64,000 bases of DNA, taken from NCBI GenBank assembly GCA_001029635.1, contig CP011209.1, positions 811,969 to 875,968 of the forward strand, in the 5' to 3' direction. A program made the position numbers and the translations under genes. The notes under the pieces were generated by a model that did not search any database, was not told the origin of the DNA, and saw only the letters and a program-made list of their open reading frames with translations. This stretch comes from Candidatus Wolfebacteria bacterium GW2011_GWB1_47_1. Its GTDB lineage: Bacteria; Patescibacteriota; Minisyncoccia; UBA6257; UBA9933. Of the stretch, positions 57,680 through 64,000 are shown one piece after another. Within the stretch, counting starts at the first letter, position 1. The number at the start of each line of letters is the position of its first letter.

Positions 57680-58909
57680 TTATCTTGTTTTGAATGCTTC
57701 TTTAGGGGATAGTGTCGTCGACCGATGCGCCGGCCAGAATCCTGCGATCAAGCCGATCATCGAGGACAGGATGAGCGTAGTCACCACAAACCACCCTGGC
57801 GTGATGAACAGTCTGATCGGATCTCCACCCAGGCGCTGTGCGAGAATACTCAAGATGAAGTTCACCGATTTACCGGCGACAATACCAAGTGTTACACCTC
57901 CCAACCCTCCGGACAATCCCATAAGCAGCGATTCCATCAGAAAGAGGTTTTTTACATCACGGTCCGTTGCTCCAAGCGATTTCATAATACCCACCTCATA
58001 GATACGTTCCAAAAATCCGACAATCATCGTATTGAACATTCCGATCGCGGAAACGATGAGCGCTGCGATGCCAAACACACCAAGAATGGTCGTAATGATA
58101 TTCATAACCTTTTTTGCCTGATTCACAAGATCAAGTCGCGCAGAAATAATAAACCCCTGCTCGATCAATTCATCCCTTAGTGCTTCCACAAAATCGATAT
58201 TGGTCGCCTTAAGCAATACTTCCTTATAAAAGGGTGGTTTTTTACCAATCGCCACAGCCGATACGAACGCAAATGGTGCTTGCGTATCATCCGCAATGAT
58301 CCCACTCAACTTGATCGGCTCCCCCAATACAATCTCCTCTCCCGCCCCCTCCTGGTCGTTCATCCCCTGATAGGTCAGTTTAAGACCGATCTCCTTACCG
58401 ATCGATGTTTGATCAGGAGGCAAGTTCAGCAGCTTCGCCGCCTGACTCGACAATACAATTCCCCTTTCTCCCGCCTCGAATGCCTTTCCCGTGTCCGGAA
58501 TCAGCCCCGACAATCTGAAGTAGCTCGGCTCGATCACCTTTGCAACGATCAATCCCGTAGACCCCTCCACCTTGATTTCCGCAGGGAATTCCGCCATCGG
58601 ACTAATCTCCCCCACATTCGGCATGTCGGTGATCGCTTGGACCGTCTGTGGATTGATATTCAATTCACTCTCAGCCGGATAGCTAACCCCAAGCGCCATT
58701 AGTGAATCTTCGGTCGTCACCAGCTTACCAATCAAAATGAATTGCAATCCGTATCCCATGGAAATAAGAAACATAACCGTTCCGATGCCTACCGACATAC
58801 CCATGATCGTCAAAAACGTACGGATCGGTTTTGTCTTAAATACGCGCAACGAAAGACGCAACAAGTCTGTTGCCGCTAGATGTTTCAATTGTTGCGCTTG
58901 TTCCTCCAT
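57680..58909 (-). CDS. ABC transporter permease, MacB/FtsX fold
   Basis: 409 aa. TM1, then a large extracytoplasmic domain, then three C-terminal TM helices. Downstream of the ATPase. Confidence 0.75.
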   Translation of the reverse strand: MEEQAQQLKHLAATDLLRLSLRVFKTKPIRTFLTIMGMSVGIGTVMFLISMGYGLQFILIGKLVTTEDSLMALGVSYPAESELNINPQTVQAITDMPNVGEISPMAEFPAEIKVEGSTGLIVAKVIEPSYFRLSGLIPDTGKAFEAGERGIVLSSQAAKLLNLPPDQTSIGKEIGLKLTYQGMNDQEGAGEEIVLGEPIKLSGIIADDTQAPFAFVSAVAIGKKPPFYKEVLLKATNIDFVEALRDELIEQGFIISARLDLVNQAKKVMNIITTILGVFGIAALIVSAIGMFNTMIVGFLERIYEVGIMKSLGATDRDVKNLFLMESLLMGLSGGLGGVTLGIVAGKSVNFILSILAQRLGGDPIRLFITPGWFVVTTLILSSMIGLIAGFWPAHRSTTLSPKEAFKTR

Positions 58910-58927
58910 AGTTATCTTTACTTCTGA

Positions 58928-60235
58928 TTACAATTTCATTGACTTTGCCACTCCCTCCGATCCTCCCAATATTGACTCCAGCTTCTCAGCCATGCGGTTC
59001 GATGAGCGCATTGAGATGCCCAACCCAAATTTACCCTTTGATAGATTTAGTATCTGCTCGAAATTTTGCGGCGTAATGATGTTTCGCACGCGTTCTCCAA
59101 TCAACTCATCTAAACGCAGTATCTGCTGTTCATCCATCTTGCCCTTGTATTCTTCCAAGAGCCATCTGCGCACCTTTTGAATTTCTTCGGCGAGCGGAGC
59201 CTCAGGATTCTTTTCCAATACTTCGTGCACTTGTTCGATTGTATGGCGCTGACTCATAACCCCCTCTACAAGGAAGCTTATCTTCGCAGCCTTCCCCTTC
59301 CAGAGTCCAACACCGCCATTGCGGTATGCCCGGTCGAGCACTTCGCGAAATACGTCCTCATCAATATTACCCGAAAGACGCTGTAGCAAAAAGAATTCAA
59401 ACCGCTTCACTTCGCTTGCTGAGTATCCTCTTAAGAGCAGATCCGCCAAGGACTTTGCCATAATCTGATTCTCTCCCATATTTGGGTTTAGCTGCTTGTA
59501 CATCAGCTTGGATACCGCCTGGGCAACGTCACCACTTTCCTTTGGCTCTTCCACCTTCAATATCTTCCCGTCCTTCATATAGAAGATCTTACGCGCATCG
59601 CGCAAGCTCCACGCTTCATGAGTAACCATAATAACGGTCCTTCCATCCTTGGTATTCAACTCCTTCATAAACTCCAGCACCTTGTTCGCATTCTCAGAAT
59701 CGAGGTTCCCTAGCGGTTCATCACAGATAATGATTGGAGGGTTGTTAGCAAGCGCCCGGGCGATACCCACGCGCTGTTGTTGTCCTCCCGAAAGTTCTGA
59801 CGGCAACCGATTTGCGTAGGGAGCGATGTTTAACCGCTCGAGTAGCTTTTGTGCCTCCGCACGACGACGCTCAAGGGAAATACCCAAAAATGCCATCGGT
59901 AGCGCGACATTGTCCAGTACCGAAATAGATGGAATAAGGTTAAATTGTTGGAACACGATACCTACACCGATCTGACGAAAGACCGCAAGTTCACGCTTCG
60001 TGAATTTTGCAATATCGCGTCCGTTGATCAGTACCTGTCCACTCGATACACGCTCTGATTCCATGCCGCTCAATACATACAGTATAGTCGTTTTACCGCA
60101 GCCAGATGGACCAAAGAAGGCGCAATATTCGCCTTTGTTTATTTCAAGAGCAACATCCTTCAGCGCCCATACTTCGGTCGGCTTCCCCTTATCATAATAC
60201 AGATTAATACCTTCCAGTTTGATAATCGGTTCCAT
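58928..60235 (-). CDS. ABC transporter ATP-binding protein with a roughly 200 aa C-terminal extension
   Basis: Walker A GPSGCGKTT, signature LSGGQQQRVGIARAL, Walker B IIICDE. 435 aa. Confidence 0.85.
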   Translation of the reverse strand: MEPIIKLEGINLYYDKGKPTEVWALKDVALEINKGEYCAFFGPSGCGKTTILYVLSGMESERVSSGQVLINGRDIAKFTKRELAVFRQIGVGIVFQQFNLIPSISVLDNVALPMAFLGISLERRRAEAQKLLERLNIAPYANRLPSELSGGQQQRVGIARALANNPPIIICDEPLGNLDSENANKVLEFMKELNTKDGRTVIMVTHEAWSLRDARKIFYMKDGKILKVEEPKESGDVAQAVSKLMYKQLNPNMGENQIMAKSLADLLLRGYSASEVKRFEFFLLQRLSGNIDEDVFREVLDRAYRNGGVGLWKGKAAKISFLVEGVMSQRHTIEQVHEVLEKNPEAPLAEEIQKVRRWLLEEYKGKMDEQQILRLDELIGERVRNIITPQNFEQILNLSKGKFGLGISMRSSNRMAEKLESILGGSEGVAKSMKL

Positions 60236-60240
60236 ACTCC

Positions 60241-60690
60241 TTATTTAGAAAATTGATAGAGCGAGCCGTCTTTCTTTGCTAATCCGTCAAATATCCTGAT
60301 GAGATCTTGCGGCAAGTGTTCTTCTTTTGCTAAATACATATCCGCCCCACTCTTTTTTGCCTCCTCGATATCCTTCTTGTCGGTATAGCCAGAAAAAACG
60401 ATCACCTTGATGTGCTTCATAGTTGCATCGCTCTTTATTGTTCGCAACACACTCAGCCCTGCTTCGGACGTCGTAATTTCCTTCCCATCTTTTTTCAAGG
60501 GCATCACGAGATCCAAAAATACGACGTCGATCTTTTTCTCCGGATCCCGCACAATCGCCAACGCTTCATCAACGCCTGACGCTATTTCCAAATGAAATTG
60601 GTTTCCCAACCCATGGAGCCAAAAAATGTCTTTAAAAAAGATTCTGATCACCTCATTATCGTCAACGAGGAGAATGTTTATTTTATCCAT
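60241..60690 (-). CDS. Single-domain response regulator (CheY-like receiver)
   Basis: MDKINILLVDDNEVIR...DVVFLDLVMP...KVIVFSGY. Start trimmed to the conserved N-terminus. Confidence 0.7.
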   Translation of the reverse strand: MDKINILLVDDNEVIRIFFKDIFWLHGLGNQFHLEIASGVDEALAIVRDPEKKIDVVFLDLVMPLKKDGKEITTSEAGLSVLRTIKSDATMKHIKVIVFSGYTDKKDIEEAKKSGADMYLAKEEHLPQDLIRIFDGLAKKDGSLYQFSK

Positions 60691-60886
60691 AGATACAATG
60701 CGTACTTTGCTATTACTATCATTATACAATATTCCCCTTTTTTTTGCACCCTCGGCAAACATAAAAGACGCTCCGTGCGTCTCTTTCTGTCCCCTTATCG
60801 ATCACAATACTACCGAGCAACGACATCAACACGTTGTTACACATCACCAAAAACGTCTACAGTAAACTAACTAATTTCTAACGAGG

Positions 60887-60960
60887 TGGACCCAACAGGA
60901 TTCGAACCTGTGACCTCTCGAATGTGAATCGAACGCTCTAACCAACTGAGCTATGAGTCC
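60887..60960 (-). tRNA. tRNA-Val (CAC)
   Basis: GGACTCATAGCTCAGTTGGTTAGAGCGTTCGATTCACATTCGAGAGGTCACAGGTTCGAATCCTGTTGGGTCCA. Confidence 0.75.
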
Positions 60961-61285
60961 TTTTGCTATGTATTTTTAAAACCGCCTCAACCTACGCTAC
61001 CCGCAGGGTTCTAACTACCGCCTCGCTTTTGAACATATGCTCGGCGGCATCCCGGCACGTTGCACGTTCGTTTCACTCACTAGGCAGCGCGCGCGGAAAA
61101 ATAATGCGCGCCCTGCATTTCGTCGCGTTGCACACTCTCCGCCTATGGCGGATCCTTAGCAACGACACAAAGTCACAACGCCGAGGGTCAACTGAGCTAA
61201 GCGACCTCTTTATTCGTGTTTCCAGTATATACGATTTTCTTATATTTTCAACAAAAAAGAGGGCGGATTCCCGCCCCCCGCTGTG

Positions 61286-61693
61286 TTACGAAAGAAATTC
61301 ACTTCGCTCCCTTTCCGACAGAAAACCGTCGAACTGGCGCCAGAGGCGATTCGCTATCCCCTCGTCGTTCGTCAGATCCCATTCGTCTCTACTTCCATAC
61401 ATACACCAGGTATACTTCCCCCGATGCACGCAAAATACCGCGTCGTATCGCTTGCTCCCATCTCCAGCCGATACCTTCCATACTCTGATCGATATTTTAT
61501 GCTTCTTTGCCTTTTTCAGAATAAATGCGACGCCTTCCTTTTTTGACACGATCTTATGCCATATTTTTTCCTTGCGAGAACATACACCCTGAATCATGGC
61601 GACCATCGCCAACACCAGCATTACTGCCATCAGAAGTAATCCTTCTTTTTCTTCCGGCTGCTCATCGAACTCAGACTGCAATTCCTTCGCCAT
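61286..61693 (-). CDS. Hypothetical protein with one TM
   Basis: AGGAGG RBS. 135 aa. Confidence 0.5.
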   Translation of the reverse strand: MAKELQSEFDEQPEEKEGLLLMAVMLVLAMVAMIQGVCSRKEKIWHKIVSKKEGVAFILKKAKKHKISIRVWKVSAGDGSKRYDAVFCVHRGKYTWCMYGSRDEWDLTNDEGIANRLWRQFDGFLSERERSEFLS

Positions 61694-61764
61694 AGCAAAC
61701 CTCCTATTTTATATAAGCTACTGGCAATACTATATCTATATTCTTTATATTTAGTCAAACAAAA

Positions 61765-61790
61765 AAACGACCCCAATGGGTCGTTTTTTT
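61765..61790 (-). terminator. Terminator of the rplJL operon
   Basis: aaaacgaccccaatgggtcgttttttt. Confidence 0.6.
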
Positions 61791-61814
61791 GTTGTAACGG
61801 TTATGCATTCGGAT

Positions 61815-61905
61815 GAAATGCGAGGCGCGGGGAAATTGCCGAGGAAGATGTGCGGTAGCACTTCGACCGAGACAATAGGGTCCCGCAACACAGCAATTCG
61901 CCGAA
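61815..61905. repeat. Family B 3'-UTR repeat, copy 2 (between the rplL stop and the terminator)
   Basis: gcgaggcgcggggaaattgccgaggaagatgtgcggtagcacttcgaccgagacaatagggtcccgcaacacagcaattcgccgaatcc. Confidence 0.55.
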
Positions 61906-61921
61906 TCCATAGACGTTGAGC

Positions 61922-62278
61922 TTATTTCAACTCAACCACTGCTCCTGCATCCTCCAACTGCTTCTTCAAAGCTTCGGCATCTTCCTTCTTCATGCCTTCC
62001 TTGATTGCCTTCGGTGCTCCATCGACAAGGTCCTTTGCTTCCTTAAGACCCAATCCGGTTGCTTCCTTTACAACCTTGATGACATTGATCTTCTGCTCTC
62101 CCGCTGCCTTCAAGACAACGTCGAATGCAGACTTTTCTTCTGCCTCAACTGCTCCAGCACCTGCTCCAGCTGCTGCCGGCATTGCTGCTGATACGCCAAA
62201 CTTTTCTTCCAATGCGTGTACCAATTCCGCCAATTCAACGACGGTCATGGTTTCAATTTTTGCGATAATATCTTTCAT
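61922..62278 (-). CDS. rplL: 50S ribosomal protein L7/L12
   Basis: [29 protein letters not shown]...[25 protein letters not shown]. Confidence 0.9.
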   Translation of the reverse strand: MKDIIAKIETMTVVELAELVHALEEKFGVSAAMPAAAGAGAGAVEAEEKSAFDVVLKAAGEQKINVIKVVKEATGLGLKEAKDLVDGAPKAIKEGMKKEDAEALKKQLEDAGAVVELK

Positions 62279-62329
62279 AATAGTTTACATTAAATAATTA
62301 TTTTCACGGTAAGATTTTTATATTTAGAT

Positions 62330-62425
62330 GGAGTGCGAGGCGCGGGAATGTCGACGAGGAGGGCGTACTAGACAGTACGACGACCGAGGCGACAAGGGCC
62401 CGCAACACAGCAATCCGCCAAATAT
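62330..62425. repeat. Family B 3'-UTR repeat, copy 3 (between rplJ and rplL)
   Basis: gcgaggcgcgggaatgtcgacgaggagggcgtactagacagtacgacgaccgaggcgacaagggcccgcaacacagcaatccgccaaat. Confidence 0.55.
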
Positions 62426-62431
62426 ATAATC

Positions 62432-62935
62432 TTACTTTGCTTCGACCATCTTACCTCTCTCAGTCAAGATATAGAGGAACATGCTGATTGGTGCTGAAAG
62501 CACGCCAACGAGCTGTGAAAGAAGTACTTCACGTGACGGCAACTGACCGATCTTCTTGGTCGTAACCGCATCCATGAACACCTTTCCTTCCATGTCGTAT
62601 GCTCCGTAGATATTGAATCCTTTCTTTTCCTTCGATTTGAAGAATTTAAAGACCGGACCAGCAACTTCAGAGATATCGGCGGTTGAGAAGATAGTTGCGA
62701 GTTGTGTCTCAAACTGCTCCGGATTGCATGCAACCCCGGCCTTTTCGAGCGACACGCGCAACAGCTTCTTGTTCACGACTCGCACAGTCGATCCGAGCGG
62801 ACGCAAGGTCTTTTTCAATTCCTTGATATCCTCCACGCCAGTTCCTGTGAAGTTGACGAACATCATATTCTTACTATTCTTGATCAGTTCCTGCGTTTCC
62901 GCAATGATCACTTTCTTTTGATCTCTTGTTTTCAT
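62432..62935 (-). CDS. rplJ: 50S ribosomal protein L10
   Basis: 167 aa, MKTRDQKKVIIAETQELIKNSKNMMFVNFTGTGVEDIKELKKTLRP. Confidence 0.9.
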   Translation of the reverse strand: MKTRDQKKVIIAETQELIKNSKNMMFVNFTGTGVEDIKELKKTLRPLGSTVRVVNKKLLRVSLEKAGVACNPEQFETQLATIFSTADISEVAGPVFKFFKSKEKKGFNIYGAYDMEGKVFMDAVTTKKIGQLPSREVLLSQLVGVLSAPISMFLYILTERGKMVEAK

Positions 62936-63105
62936 TGTGTTCTGCTTTTTGTTTTTTATCCTCGACCTTTTAAGCCATTTTTTTATTAAAAAAACGGCAT
63001 ACCGCCGCAGAATAGTCCCTTTAGCGGGCTCAGGGCAAGCCCTAACCCACGCTGGGAGTTTCCTCGGTAGGGCTTACAAATGCCTACTGTCTACGGTATT
63101 GGGTT
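62936..63105 (-). ncRNA. Possible ribosomal protein L10 leader (autoregulatory 5' UTR)
   Basis: A roughly 170 nt GC-rich structured region between the putative promoter at 63126-63143 and the rplJ start. Placement and function inferred by analogy only. Confidence 0.3.
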
Positions 63106-63170
63106 TATATTAGCAGAATAACCAAATATGTCAATTGACATATTTAGCTTCCGAGGTATATAACCAATAC
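63100..63170. promoter_or_regulatory. Divergent promoters built around the perfect 18 bp palindrome ATATGTCAATTGACATAT
   Basis: TTGACA occurs on both strands. Plus strand: TTGACA, 18 nt, TATAAC, toward ORF 63215. Minus strand: TTGACA, 16-17 nt, TAATAT, toward the rplJ leader. Confidence 0.45.
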
Positions 63171-63214
63171 AGATTCATCACAATTTCACATACCATTATT
63201 GGAAGGAGCTACCC

Positions 63215-63739
63215 ATGGCCACAAGTCACGACGTAGTAAAACTACATCAACGCGGTATTCGTAAGATCTGCGATATGGTCGGTCAAGCCATCGGCCTCGC
63301 AACGCGATCACTGGCCGATCCCACCAAAACCGGCGGATATTTCTGCCTCATGGATCTGCAAACCGGCGCAATTCTGACTACGACGATCATCGGCTCCGTA
63401 ACTCCCGAAAAGGCAATCAGATACAAATGGCTTGCGGAAGAAAAGGCTCTTCGCCTCTTCCGCCTCCATACCCTGTCCGATTCTCCTCATATCTCAAGCT
63501 ACCAAAGCAAGGATGAGAAAGAGGACAAATGGGGAGGCTCCGTCTTAGGGAACCGTTTCATCTATTCGTTTTCCGGCTTCCCGCAGATCATCGACGAGAT
63601 AGCCATGCTCGCCACGGCTCTTAACTTTGGCGACATGCCACTCGACAGAGCCCAGGAGATCATGCTCATTTCCAAAGCTCAAACACTCACGGCAGACGAA
63701 GCCAGAGCCAGGGACGCTATCCTACAGATAACAGTGTAG
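63215..63739 (+). CDS. Hypothetical protein
   Basis: GGAGG RBS. 174 aa. Followed by the terminator at 63757. Confidence 0.5.
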   Translation: MATSHDVVKLHQRGIRKICDMVGQAIGLATRSLADPTKTGGYFCLMDLQTGAILTTTIIGSVTPEKAIRYKWLAEEKALRLFRLHTLSDSPHISSYQSKDEKEDKWGGSVLGNRFIYSFSGFPQIIDEIAMLATALNFGDMPLDRAQEIMLISKAQTLTADEARARDAILQITV

Positions 63740-63756
63740 TATGAACCTTCCCAAAT

Positions 63757-63785
63757 CAATCCCCGCATTACTGCGGGGTTTTTTA
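63757..63785. terminator. Bidirectional terminator
   Basis: aatccccgcattactgcggggtttttt. Confidence 0.6.
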
Positions 63786-64000
63786 TTCCCTCCAATCTTC
63801 CATTTCGCGAATGATCTCTGCCGGTAGCGGCTCTCCCGGTACTGTCTTCCCTGGATAGCGCCATGCCGAGATAACTCTTCGCTCGCTCGGCGTTTCCACA
63901 AGCATGACCCAGATTTCCTGATTCCAATCTTCGGCGCCTTTGATCGTGCTTATCATCGACACCGGTTGCATTATAGCGATCGTATTTTCAGCAACACCCT
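63783..64000 (-). CDS. Hypothetical protein, probably partial
   Basis: ORF running toward the window end. The true start may lie beyond 64000. Confidence 0.3.
   Translation of the reverse strand, partial: GVAENTIAIMQPVSMISTIKGAEDWNQEIWVMLVETPSERRVISAWRYPGKTVPGEPLPAEIIREMEDWRE

Noticed and set aside
60963-61592. 209 aa plus-strand ORF 60963-61592
   Set aside because: It spans a repeat-fragment region and is antisense to the RBS-supported minus-strand ORF 61286-61693. Composition is not protein-like.

Overview
This 64 kb window looks like a chromosomal fragment from a small-genome, CPR/Patescibacteria-like bacterium. That placement is an inference from gene content, truncated housekeeping enzymes, the rRNA layout and the repeat load. 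Most genes lie on the minus strand.

Housekeeping content:
- tpiA (partial), a NUDIX hydrolase and valS, which is short at 712 aa.
- A 23S-5S rRNA pair with no adjacent 16S.
- A dcw cell-division cluster in the order mraZ-rsmH-ftsL-ftsI-murF.
- rplJ-rplL with a leader-like upstream region.
- rlmN, ksgA, pcrA/uvrD, recG, comM/yifB, galT, a PBP2, a sensor histidine kinase, an orphan response regulator and a MacB-like ABC pair.
- At least 11 tRNAs: Glu x2, Arg x3, Ala x2, Ser x2 and Val, plus a 5' half-copy of tRNA-Glu.

Accessory content:
- A complete diversity-generating retroelement at about 46.9-49.4 kb: reverse transcriptase, Avd-like protein, template repeat, and a target gene whose C-terminal variable repeat differs from the template only at template adenines.
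- A roughly 12.6 kb type IV secretion/conjugation-like cluster at about 17.5-30.2 kb, with VirB4 and VirB6-like genes, a pilin-like domain fused to an M15 peptidase, and several secreted proteins.
- A GIY-YIG nuclease gene wedged between a full tRNA-Glu and a 5' half-copy of it.
- A LAGLIDADG-like ORF inside a tRNA cluster.
- Four interspersed repeat families: a roughly 300 bp MITE-like element, a roughly 26 bp REP-like hairpin (one copy in-frame inside ksgA), a perfect 25 bp palindrome present three times, and a roughly 100 bp 3'-UTR repeat present three times.

No CRISPR array or transposase was seen.
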